Shown: in pieces, positions 18,178-26,872 of the stretch
How positions within the stretch are numbered: position 1 is the stretch's first letter
Layout of the letters: each line of letters begins with the position of its first letter
Origin: Mycobacterium sp.
Lineage (GTDB): Bacteria > Actinomycetota > Actinomycetes > Mycobacteriales > Mycobacteriaceae
Assembly (NCBI RefSeq): GCF_035697385.1
Contig: NZ_DASSCY010000201.1
Coordinates: forward strand, 22,462 to 86,461
Direction of reading: 5' to 3'
DNA length: 64,000 nt
The notes under the pieces: model-generated
The model's database searches: none
Seen by the model: only the letters and a program-made list of their open reading frames with translations
Told to the model about the DNA's origin: nothing
Position numbers and translations under genes: made by a program

Positions 18178-18651
18178 TCAGACGCCTGCGACGGCGTCCT
18201 CCAGTTCGGCGACGATGATCTTGCGCATCCCCAGCATGGCCTTGGTCGCGGCCACTGCACGAGCCGGGTTGGGGTCTTCGGTCAGCTCGAAGAGCCGGTC
18301 AGGCACGATCTGCCAGCTGAGTCCGAACCGGTCCTTGAGCCAGCCGCATTGGGACTCCTCGCCGCCGTCGAGCAGGCGTTCCCAGTAGTAATCGACCTCG
18401 GCCTGGTCCTTGCAGTTCACCATGAACGACACCGCTTCGGAAAACTGGAAGGCCGGGCCGCCGTTGATGCCGAGGAACCGGTTGCCGTCCAGCACGAACG
18501 TGCCGTACACCACCTCACCTGGCGTACCCGGGCCAGCCTCGGTGTAGCGGCTGAACTTCTCGATCGACGAGTTCGGGAAGATCGACGTGTAGAACTGCGC
18601 GGCCTCCTCGAGGTCGTTGTCGAACCATAGGCACGGCGTGATCGACGGCAT
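18178..18651 (-). CDS. VOC family protein (PhnB / 3-demethylubiquinone methyltransferase-like)
   Basis: ITPCLWF, GINGGP.F.FSEAVSF, CGWLKDRFGLSWQIVP. Confidence 0.92.
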   Translation of the reverse strand: MPSITPCLWFDNDLEEAAQFYTSIFPNSSIEKFSRYTEAGPGTPGEVVYGTFVLDGNRFLGINGGPAFQFSEAVSFMVNCKDQAEVDYYWERLLDGGEESQCGWLKDRFGLSWQIVPDRLFELTEDPNPARAVAATKAMLGMRKIIVAELEDAVAGV

Positions 18652-18711
18652 TGCGGGTCCTCCTTCTTTGTGACGACTTCTCTAGGGGCAGACCGCCGGG
18701 CCGTCACGAAT

Positions 18712-19332
18712 TCATCGCCGGTCGGCCGCTTCCCGTTCGGCGCCCAGCGCCCGCAACGCGAAGTCCACCACGCGCGCCAGCGAACGTTGCAGTTGCCGTT
18801 CGTCATCGGGCGACTGGCTGGTCATCTCGCGGCTCACGACGGCGCTGATTGCTATCGCGTCGCGCTCAGGGTCCGCGAGCGGAAAGGACCCGTCTTCTTT
18901 GCCCCGCCGCAGGATCTCCACCAGCGAGCGTTCGCGGTCGGCGTGGGCGCGTTCACGCGTTTCGCGGTACCCCTTCGCGGCGCGAACCTCGTCCGAGTCG
19001 ATCACGATGAGGTGCATCCGCAGTTGCGCGTCTTGCACCCAGCCGAACATCTGGCTGATCCAAGCCTTGAGCTGTTCAACAGGTGGGCCGGGCGTCGCCT
19101 CGACGATCTGGTCCAGCCGGTGGGCCAGGGCTTCGCTTTCCTGCCTCAGCATCGCCAGGAACAACTCGTCCTTGGATTCGAAGTGGCGATAGAACGCCCG
19201 CGTCGACACCCCGGCGCGCTGCAGGATGGCGGCAACCGGAATCGGCCCGCTGTGCGGCGCCGACAGGCAACCGTAGGCGGCCTCGATGATGCAGCCACGA
19301 TCGTCGTCATCGGGCCTGTCGGGCTGCACCAT
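18712..19332 (-). CDS. TetR/AcrR family regulator
   Basis: VAAILQRAGVSTRAFYRHFESKDEL HTH; start trimmed to MVQPD. Confidence 0.88.
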   Translation of the reverse strand: MVQPDRPDDDDRGCIIEAAYGCLSAPHSGPIPVAAILQRAGVSTRAFYRHFESKDELFLAMLRQESEALAHRLDQIVEATPGPPVEQLKAWISQMFGWVQDAQLRMHLIVIDSDEVRAAKGYRETRERAHADRERSLVEILRRGKEDGSFPLADPERDAIAISAVVSREMTSQSPDDERQLQRSLARVVDFALRALGAEREAADRR

Positions 19333-19428
19333 CGGAATTCTAGGGACGCCGCCCACCCGCCGGGTTGCGGATTGGCGCAAATTGTCCCCTGGGTAACGTG
19401 AGGCCCTGGGGCCACCGGAAGGACGTCT

Positions 19429-20286
19429 GTGAGCAGCACACGCAGCGAACCGCAGATCACGAAGTTTCATGGTGTCGAGGGCATAACTCTGGTGGCCGAC
19501 GAGTGGAATCGTGGGGTGTCATCTAGTCAACCGACAGTTCTGCTCCTGCACGGCGGCGGGCAGAACCGGCACTCGTGGAAGAACACCGGGCAGATCCTGG
19601 CTGACCAGGGCTTGCACGTCGTCGCGCTGGACAGCCGTGGCCACGGCGACAGCGATCGGGCGCCCAACGCCAACTACACGGTGGACGCGCTGTGTGCCGA
19701 CACCCTGGCGGTGCTGGACCAGATCGGCCGGCCGGTGATGCTGATCGGCGCCAGCATGGGCGGAATGACCGGGATCCTCGTCGCGGATGCAGCGGGGCCG
19801 GAGAAGGTGACGAAGCTGGTGCTCGTCGACGTGGTGCCGCGCTACGAGAAGGACGGCAGCGCCCGAATCCGCGACTTCATGTTCAGCCATGTGCACGGCT
19901 TCGACTCGCTGGAGGAGGCCGCCGACGCGGTCGCGGAATACCTGCCCCACCGGACCAAGCCGCGCAGCCCAGAAGGCCTGAAGAAGAACTTGCGCCGACG
20001 TGATGGCCGCTGGTACTGGCACTGGGATCCGAAGTTCTTGACTGTGCCCACGGACGACCCCTTCGTCCGGGTCGAGAAGCTGGAACAGGCCGCGATCAAT
20101 CTCACCATCCCGATCCTGCTGATCCGCGGCAAACTGTCCGACGTGGTGAGCATGGAGGGCGTCAGGGATTTCCTGGCCAAGGTGCCGGACGCAGAGTTCG
20201 TCGAGTTGTCCGAGGCGGGGCATACCGCCGCCGGCGACGACAACGACGCGTTCTCCGACGTCGTGGTGCAATTCGTCAGCCGGTGA
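19429..20286 (+). CDS. Alpha/beta hydrolase (BpoB / Rv1123c-like non-haem peroxidase family)
   Basis: HGGGQ, DSRGHGDS, GASMGG nucleophile, AGH; syntenic position. Confidence 0.8.
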   Translation: MSSTRSEPQITKFHGVEGITLVADEWNRGVSSSQPTVLLLHGGGQNRHSWKNTGQILADQGLHVVALDSRGHGDSDRAPNANYTVDALCADTLAVLDQIGRPVMLIGASMGGMTGILVADAAGPEKVTKLVLVDVVPRYEKDGSARIRDFMFSHVHGFDSLEEAADAVAEYLPHRTKPRSPEGLKKNLRRRDGRWYWHWDPKFLTVPTDDPFVRVEKLEQAAINLTIPILLIRGKLSDVVSMEGVRDFLAKVPDAEFVELSEAGHTAAGDDNDAFSDVVVQFVSR

Positions 20287-23225
20287 CGATCAACCGCCGC
20301 ACCGTCGGCTTCAATTTCCTCGAATCGCCGGAGCTGCCTGCGCCCCAGGTGAGCGAGGCGCAAGCCGAAGAGATCCTGGCCACCCATTACGGCGTGCACG
20401 CGCGTGCCACGTCATTGGGCAGCCAGCAGGACAAGAACTTCGTCGTCACCGACTCCAGCGACGTGATCATCGGGGTGCTGAAGATCGCGAACCCCGCGTT
20501 CAGCGCTACGGAACTGGAAGCTCAGGATCTGGCGGCAGAACAGATCGCCGAGGCGGAGCCGTCGCTGCGCATTGCGGTGCCGCTGCCCAACCTGGCCGGT
20601 GAGAAGTATACGGCGATAACGGGTTTGGTTGACGGCGCGGCCTATGTCCGGCTTCTTCGCTATCTGCCCGGCGGGACGCTGCTGGCGTCCGGCTACTTGT
20701 CCCCGACGTCGGTCGCGGGGTTGGGCGATGTGGCTGGGCGGGTGAGCCGAGCGTTAGCGGACTTCCACCATCCTGGCCTTGACCGGATTCTGCAGTGGGA
20801 CCTGCGCTTTGGTGCCGATGTTGTGGCGGAATTGATTTCGCACGTCGACGACGCCAGGCATCGCGTCCGCCTCGAGGCCGCGGCGCGCGATGCGTGGTCG
20901 CGGATCGTCCCGCTCGCCGATGAGCTGCCAACGCAGGCTGTGCATCTGGATCTCACCGACGCCAACGTGGTTGTGTCGCGCGCTGCTGAGACAGCCCATT
21001 GCGACGGCGTGATCGACTTCGGTGATCTGTCGGACACCTGGGCGGTATCCGAGTTGGCGATAACGATCTCATCGGTGCTGGGACATCGGGGTGCCGATCC
21101 AACCTCGGTGCTGCCCGCGGTGCGGGCCTTCCACCGTGTGCGGCCTCTCACCGCTGCGGAAGTGAATGTGCTGTGGCCGCTGATAGTTCTGCGCACCGCG
21201 GTGCTGATAGTCAGTGGTGCCCAACAGGCGACGCTGGATCCGGACAACGAGTACATCACCGAGCAATCCGACGCCGAGTGGCGCATGTTCGAACTTGCCA
21301 CCTCGGTACCGATGGATGTGATGACCGCGGTGATCCGGGCCGATCTCGGGCTGGCCGAGCACCTGGGTGCCCTCGTCGCCGAAACACCGCTTGTGGCGGT
21401 TGATCCCGCGGCGGTGGTGACGCTCGACCTGTCGACCACCTCCGATGTCTACGACCGCGCGTTCGACGCCGACGGTTCATTGAAGTCTGGCGTCGAGGAC
21501 GAATTGGCCAGGGCCGCAGTAGGAAACGGTGCAGCGCTCGTTGTCACTGAGTGGGGGCAAGCGCGGCTGGGCCGGACCGAGAAGCTCAGTCAGCAGAGTC
21601 CCGCCGTGGTGCCGACCGGCATCAGCGTGTGGGCGCCGCAGCCAATGGGCGTCGTGGCGCCGTGGGACGGCGAAGTCATCGATTCCGCGGCCGACCGCAT
21701 GACATTCCGCGGGGCCGGCGTTGAACTGACGCTCGCCGGGGTCAAGCAGGTGGCGTCGGGGGCCGTTTCTGCCGGGCAGCCACTGGCGGAGATCCTCGGT
21801 GATCGATGGGTTGAACTCGGTGTACGACCCGACGGCGCGCCGGCTGCGCCGTTGTTCACCTCGGCGGAACTGGCCCCTGGGTGGCTGGCGCTGACCCGGG
21901 ACCCACGACCGCTTCTTGGGCTGCCCGCGCTCGACGCACGGGAGACGGGTGATCTGCTGTCACGGCGCGACGCGAGTTTTGCGCCGGTGCAGGAGTTTTA
22001 CTACCGGCGGCCGCCGCAGATCGAACGGGGCAAGCGGCATTTCTTGATGTCCACCGCCGGACGCTGCTACCTCGACATGGTGAACAACGTCACGGTTCTC
22101 GGCCATGCACATCCGCGGGTCGCCGAGACGGCCGCCCGCCAGCTGCGCAAGCTCAACACGAATTCGCGGTTCAACTACGAGGCGGTCGTCGCGTTTAGTG
22201 AACGCCTCGCGTCGACGTTGCCCGAGCCGCTGGACACCGTGTTCCTGGTCAACTCCGGTTCGGAGGCAAGCGATCTGGCGATCCGGCTCGCAACGGCCGC
22301 GACGGGCAGGCGTGACGTCGTGGCGGTTCGCGAGGCCTACCACGGCTGGACGTACGGTACCGATGCGGTGTCGACGTCGTTGGCAGACAATCCCAATGCG
22401 CTTGCCACCCGTCCTGATTGGGTGCACACAGTCGAGTCGCCCAACAGCTTCCGCGGAAAGTATCGGGGCGGCGAGGCGGTGCGGTACGCGGGCGAGGTAG
22501 CAGCGCAGATAGAGCGGATGATCGCCGACGGGCGGCCACCGGCGGCGTTCATCTGCGAAAGCGTGTACGGCAACGCGGGTGGCATGGCGCTACCCGACGG
22601 GTACCTACAGCAGGTGTACGCGGCGGTCCGGGCGGCAGGCGGGCTCGCGATCTCCGACGAGGTTCAGGTCGGCTACGGCCGTCTCGGTGAATGGTTTTGG
22701 GGTTTCGGTCAGCAGAACGTGTTGCCCGACATCGTGTCGATCGCGAAGTCAATGGGCAACGGCTATCCGCTGGGCGCGGTGATCACCAGCCGCGCTGTCG
22801 CCGAGGGCTTCGCGTCGCAGGGCTACTTCTTCTCCTCGACCGGCGGCAGTCCGTTGTCGTGCGCGATCGGCATGGCAGTCCTGGACGTGCTCCGTGACGA
22901 AGGGTTGCAGGAGAACGCCGCGCGAGTCGGCGCCCACCTCAAGTCGAGACTGCAGGCACTACAAGCCAAGCACCCGATCATCGGCACCGTGCACGGCATC
23001 GGGCTGTACCTCGGAGTTGAATTGATCCGCGACCCAGGCACTCTGGAACCCGCGGCGCAGGAAACGTCGGCGATCTGCGAGCGCATGCTCGAACTCGGTG
23101 TGATCATCCAGCCGACCGGTGATCAGATGAACATTCTGAAAACCAAGCCGCCGCTGTGCATCGACATCGAGTCCGCGGACTTCTACGTCGACACGCTGGA
23201 CCGGGTGCTGACCGAGGGCTGGTAG
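20283..23225 (+). CDS. Fusion: APH/choline-kinase-like domain + degenerate M23-like linker + class III PLP aminotransferase/phospho-lyase
   Basis: HLDLTDAN and IDFGD kinase motifs; YLDMVNN, AYHGWT, DEVQVGYGR, AKSMGNG (PLP Lys), SSTGG; GTG overlaps the upstream TGA. Confidence 0.85.
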   Translation: MTINRRTVGFNFLESPELPAPQVSEAQAEEILATHYGVHARATSLGSQQDKNFVVTDSSDVIIGVLKIANPAFSATELEAQDLAAEQIAEAEPSLRIAVPLPNLAGEKYTAITGLVDGAAYVRLLRYLPGGTLLASGYLSPTSVAGLGDVAGRVSRALADFHHPGLDRILQWDLRFGADVVAELISHVDDARHRVRLEAAARDAWSRIVPLADELPTQAVHLDLTDANVVVSRAAETAHCDGVIDFGDLSDTWAVSELAITISSVLGHRGADPTSVLPAVRAFHRVRPLTAAEVNVLWPLIVLRTAVLIVSGAQQATLDPDNEYITEQSDAEWRMFELATSVPMDVMTAVIRADLGLAEHLGALVAETPLVAVDPAAVVTLDLSTTSDVYDRAFDADGSLKSGVEDELARAAVGNGAALVVTEWGQARLGRTEKLSQQSPAVVPTGISVWAPQPMGVVAPWDGEVIDSAADRMTFRGAGVELTLAGVKQVASGAVSAGQPLAEILGDRWVELGVRPDGAPAAPLFTSAELAPGWLALTRDPRPLLGLPALDARETGDLLSRRDASFAPVQEFYYRRPPQIERGKRHFLMSTAGRCYLDMVNNVTVLGHAHPRVAETAARQLRKLNTNSRFNYEAVVAFSERLASTLPEPLDTVFLVNSGSEASDLAIRLATAATGRRDVVAVREAYHGWTYGTDAVSTSLADNPNALATRPDWVHTVESPNSFRGKYRGGEAVRYAGEVAAQIERMIADGRPPAAFICESVYGNAGGMALPDGYLQQVYAAVRAAGGLAISDEVQVGYGRLGEWFWGFGQQNVLPDIVSIAKSMGNGYPLGAVITSRAVAEGFASQGYFFSSTGGSPLSCAIGMAVLDVLRDEGLQENAARVGAHLKSRLQALQAKHPIIGTVHGIGLYLGVELIRDPGTLEPAAQETSAICERMLELGVIIQPTGDQMNILKTKPPLCIDIESADFYVDTLDRVLTEGW

Positions 23226-23305
23226 CCGTCGCTGGCCAGATTCTTGCGGAACCTGTCCAGAAGCGAGAGGTTCGGATCTCACTTTCTGCTCTAGCGTATG
23301 GATCG

Positions 23306-23722
23306 ATGTCCGCGATTCTGCTCAGCGCCCATGTGATCGTCGCGATCCTGGCCGTAGGACCAATCGCCGTCGCGGCCAGCATGTTTCCCCGCTACGCACG
23401 GGCAAACCAGTCGCTTCCGGTGGCTCACGTCCTCTATCGGATCTGCCAGACCTACGCCGTGGTGGGCGTGGCGGTACCGCTGCTGGGCATCGCGACGGCG
23501 GTGTCAATGGGCGTACTGACACAGGCATGGGTGCTGGTGTCGATTGCGCTTACCGCCGTCGCGGCGGTGGTGCTCGTCGTGAGCATCCTGCCGGACCAGC
23601 GCGCCGCGTTGGACGGCACGACCGTCACCCGGCTGGCCATGACGACCGGCATCTTCAACCTGCTGTGGGTCGTGGTCACGGTGTTGATGATCGTGCGGCC
23701 CGGTTCGTCGACGGGTGTCTAG
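23306..23722 (+). CDS. Small integral membrane protein (DUF2269-like)
   Basis: LSAHVIVAILAVGP start, four hydrophobic segments, LMIVRP end; TAGCGT -10 box upstream. Confidence 0.7.
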   Translation: MSAILLSAHVIVAILAVGPIAVAASMFPRYARANQSLPVAHVLYRICQTYAVVGVAVPLLGIATAVSMGVLTQAWVLVSIALTAVAAVVLVVSILPDQRAALDGTTVTRLAMTTGIFNLLWVVVTVLMIVRPGSSTGV

Positions 23723-23731
23723 CATCGAGGC

Positions 23732-24106
23732 ATGACACGCTCCGCTGACGACCTGGTGACCGAGTTCTGCAAGAAATGGGCGACGCCCGACCCTGATGAG
23801 CTGGCCGGCTACTTCACCGACGACGCCGTCTACCACAACATTCCGATGGAGCCGGTGAAGGGCCGGGAAGCGATCAAAGAGTTCATCGCCGGGTTTCTTG
23901 CCGGGTTCGAAGGCATCGACTTCCAGGTGCACCGGCAGGTCAGCGACGGCACGTTGGTGATGAACGAACGCACCGACGTGATGCGCCGCAAGGATGGCGA
24001 CGAATTCCCTCTGCCCGTGATGGGTGTGTTCGAAGTCGTCGACGGCAAAATCGCGGCGTGGCGCGACTACTTCGACATGGCGACCATCACCAGCGCGTTC
24101 GGTTAG
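23732..24106 (+). CDS. Limonene-1,2-epoxide hydrolase / SnoaL-like protein
   Basis: YHNIPM, MNERTD, VMGVFE, WRDYFD; TAGCAT -10 (reusing the upstream stop codon) 6 nt before ATG. Confidence 0.9.
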   Translation: MTRSADDLVTEFCKKWATPDPDELAGYFTDDAVYHNIPMEPVKGREAIKEFIAGFLAGFEGIDFQVHRQVSDGTLVMNERTDVMRRKDGDEFPLPVMGVFEVVDGKIAAWRDYFDMATITSAFG

Positions 24107-25056
24107 GCCAGCAGCGGCACCGCATCGTGTCGGGTGTCGGTCAGAATCTCGAACATCACGCGTCGGGTGGCAACAAGCTCGGTGCGCTCAAACGCCTTTC
24201 CCGCCAACTGGATTCGACATGTCGCGAGCGCAGAGTTATAGCAGTACTTCGAGCCGCCGTCGGTGTCGGTGTACGTCAGGCCGATGACGTCGTCCGGCTC
24301 GGTGACGATCTCCCCCTCGATCATCCGCTCCCCCACGCGCGCCCCGAATTGCCAGGAGAACGGCCGGTAACGGCCATGGGTGTGCAGGCTGCCCCGGATC
24401 GAGCGGACCGCGAACTCTTCTCCGGCGTGGCGGAACACGAACAGCGTGGCGGCAGGCAGCAAGACCGGGCCGATCGCCGCGCGTGCGGTGACGATCTCCA
24501 GGCTCGAATCGGGTGCGTCGTCGAAGCCGCACACCTGACCGAACGCGTAGGCAGGCGTGTGCCGGGTGCCCCAGTTCTGGTTGACGCTGCCGGTCCAGCC
24601 GTCGATCCCGAGGCGGAGGTCGTCGAGTTCGAGCTGACCGTCGAACTGCGCCAGCGGATGGCGGACCATGGTCTTGGCCGTCGGGAATCGGGCCGCGTAT
24701 CCGCGTTCGGTGAGGAGCTTGACGGGCGCTTCGGCGCCCGGCGTGATGCGCAGATCCCAGCGTGCCGAGCGGCTTCGGCCGGTGATCACGCCCTGCGCTG
24801 ACCGGTCGTCGATCGTGGTCGCACCGATCCGCGCGGTCCACTCGTCGTAGTTGTAGTCGGCGGCGTCGATCGAGTACGGCTCCTTGAGCGCGCGATTGCC
24901 CGCGCCCTCGGGGTCGAACACCATCACCCACACATCGGCGACCGGATCACCGTCCGTCGGCAGCAGCAGCGTTTCGCGCAGCCATATCGCTTGCGGCAGG
25001 TCGGGGTCGTTTGCGCGGAGGTAACGACTCTCGTAATAGGGGGCGGTGGCGGGCAT
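24103..25056 (-). CDS. Uncharacterised protein, tocopherol-cyclase/AttH-like fold suspected
   Basis: YYESRY, NQNWGTRHTPAY, LTY.D.DG...YCYNS patterns; start uncertain (25056-25074). Confidence 0.6.
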   Translation of the reverse strand: MPATAPYYESRYLRANDPDLPQAIWLRETLLLPTDGDPVADVWVMVFDPEGAGNRALKEPYSIDAADYNYDEWTARIGATTIDDRSAQGVITGRSRSARWDLRITPGAEAPVKLLTERGYAARFPTAKTMVRHPLAQFDGQLELDDLRLGIDGWTGSVNQNWGTRHTPAYAFGQVCGFDDAPDSSLEIVTARAAIGPVLLPAATLFVFRHAGEEFAVRSIRGSLHTHGRYRPFSWQFGARVGERMIEGEIVTEPDDVIGLTYTDTDGGSKYCYNSALATCRIQLAGKAFERTELVATRRVMFEILTDTRHDAVPLLA

Positions 25057-25084
25057 CACGGCTTCAGCATCCAATACTTGACCG

Positions 25085-25870
25085 GTGATGGGAGCGCAGA
25101 TCGCGGCCTACGTGCTTGCCGGGGTCGCCGTGGCGGAGGCCGTGGGGCTGGTCGTGCTGTGGGTGTGGCTGCGGCGCAGTCGAGCCGAGGTACAGGAACT
25201 GCGCCGTCGCGTCGACACCAGGAACATGCTGTTCACCGGTGGGAGGGAGGCCGTCAAGCAGGTGTGGCAGACCGCCAACATCTTGCGCAAGGACGGGTTG
25301 GAGGCGGCGGTACGGTCCTCGATCGAGGACCTCGCCGACTGGGCCGAGGTGGAGCGGCCGGATTTGGCGCGGCTCGCCCCCAGCGGCAAGGTGGCGATCC
25401 TGTTCTCCGATATCGAGGAGTCGACGGCGCTCAACGAGCGCATCGGCGATCGGGCGTGGGTCAGGCTCATCGGCAGGCACGACAAGATGGTGCGCCGTCA
25501 TGTCAAGAACCACTCGGGGCATGTGGTCAAGAGCCAGGGCGACGGTTTCATGGTCGCGTTCACGCACCCCGAGGAAGCGGTGCGTTGCAGCCTCGACGTC
25601 CAACGCTCACTTAGCAGGCGGCCCAACGGAATTCGGGTCCGCATCGGCATACACATGGGTAAGTCGGTGCGGCGAGGCGATGATCTGTTCGGGCGGAACG
25701 TCGCGATGGCGGCGCGCGTGGCCAGTGAAGCCGACGGCGGCGAGATCCTGGTAAGCGAGGTGGTGCGCGACGCGCTGCGCGACCTCGACGACGTCACGTT
25801 CGACGACGGACGAAACGCCGAGCTCAAGGGGTTCTCTGGCTCGTATCGGCTCTACGCGGTTGCCGCTTAG
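25085..25870 (+). CDS. Class III adenylyl cyclase (Rv1120c / Ma1120 type) with N-terminal TM helix
   Basis: [38 protein letters not shown]. Confidence 0.9.
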   Translation: MMGAQIAAYVLAGVAVAEAVGLVVLWVWLRRSRAEVQELRRRVDTRNMLFTGGREAVKQVWQTANILRKDGLEAAVRSSIEDLADWAEVERPDLARLAPSGKVAILFSDIEESTALNERIGDRAWVRLIGRHDKMVRRHVKNHSGHVVKSQGDGFMVAFTHPEEAVRCSLDVQRSLSRRPNGIRVRIGIHMGKSVRRGDDLFGRNVAMAARVASEADGGEILVSEVVRDALRDLDDVTFDDGRNAELKGFSGSYRLYAVAA

Positions 25871-26031
25871 TCCTTGGCTTTGCCGGCTTCGGCTACGCGT
25901 TGGTGCAGCCGGGAGCGGATGTCCTCGGCGGAGTACGAATTACGGCGCCGCTGATCACGCGCGACGAGCACTCCGCCCGCCACCACGCCGGCGACGCCAG
26001 CCATGCCGATCCACTTCCATATCCCGCGCAT
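25867..26031 (-). CDS. Small 54-aa membrane protein absent from the ORF track ([54 protein letters not shown])
   Basis: Translated by hand; TAGGCT -10 6 nt before ATG; single TM segment; stop overlaps the cyclase stop. Confidence 0.75.
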   Translation of the reverse strand: MRGIWKWIGMAGVAGVVAGGVLVARDQRRRNSYSAEDIRSRLHQRVAEAGKAKD

Positions 26032-26037
26032 GACAAG

Positions 26038-26047
26038 AGCCTAAGCT
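26038..26047. promoter_or_regulatory. Overlapping divergent -10 boxes (TAGGCT minus, TAAGCT plus)
   Basis: Share TA at 26042-26043; each is 6 nt from its start codon (26031 and 26054). Confidence 0.7.
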
Positions 26048-26053
26048 TCGGGC

Positions 26054-26746
26054 GTGAAGGAAAGCACCGTGTCCCTCGAGCGGGCATTGGACGAGACCCG
26101 GACCGGAGACATCTGGCTGTTCCGTGGCAGTTCCGGACCGGACCGGGCGATCCAGACGATGAGCAACGCGCCGGTCAACCACGTCGGGATGGCCATCGCG
26201 ATCGAGGACCTGCCGCCGTTGATCTGGCATGCCGAGCTCGGCGACAAGCTGACCGACATGTGGACGGGGGGTAATCATCGTGGTGTGCAGCTCAACGACC
26301 TGCGCCTGGCCGTGGAGCGCTGGATCAACAACTACGGGCAGCGATGCTGGCTTCGTCAGCTCACGCCGTACGCCAACCGCGAGCAGGAAGACCGCGCACT
26401 CAAGGTCGTCGCCCGCATGGACGGCACACCATTTCCCAGCACCGCCCGGCTAACCGGTCGATGGTTCCGCGGCCGATTGCCAGGAGTCGCCGACTTCACC
26501 AGGGGAATCCCGTTCGTGCACAGCAAGGTTCGTGAGAGTACGCAACGCAGGAAGGCCGAGAAGCTGCAAGTCGGCCTGGAAACGGCCTATTGCGCGGAGA
26601 CCGTCGCGATCACCTACGAGGAAATGGGCCTGCTCTCGACAGAGAAGCACTACAACTGGTTCGATCCCGGCAAGTTCTGGAGTGGCGACGCGCTGCCGCT
26701 GGCGCAGGGATACCGGCTCGGCAACGAAATCGCCGTCATCCCATAG
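26054..26746 (+). CDS. Rv1118c-like protein, probable permuted papain-like (NlpC/P60, YiiX-type) hydrolase
   Basis: GDIWLFRG, PVNHVGMA (His) precedes AYCAETVAITY (Cys), then FDPGKF. Confidence 0.7.
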   Translation: MKESTVSLERALDETRTGDIWLFRGSSGPDRAIQTMSNAPVNHVGMAIAIEDLPPLIWHAELGDKLTDMWTGGNHRGVQLNDLRLAVERWINNYGQRCWLRQLTPYANREQEDRALKVVARMDGTPFPSTARLTGRWFRGRLPGVADFTRGIPFVHSKVRESTQRRKAEKLQVGLETAYCAETVAITYEEMGLLSTEKHYNWFDPGKFWSGDALPLAQGYRLGNEIAVIP

Positions 26747-26872
26747 GGTCCCGCGCCCGTCGCAATGGGTCAGTCCGGACCACAATGCGAAGTGCCAACC
26801 TCACAGCGACAATGTCGCTGACCGCTGAAAGGTTTACCGGTCGCTGCGGCCAAGATAACGACTCACGACACT

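Noticed and set aside
23249-23273. GAACCT...AGGTTC repeat after the kinase-PLP fusion
   Set aside because: Only 6-bp arms around a 13-nt loop; within chance expectation.
26054-26746. Nucleotide cyclase call suggested by adjacency to the adenylyl cyclase
   Set aside because: No metal-binding Asp motifs or GD/NxxxR pattern; His...Cys papain-like motifs are present instead.
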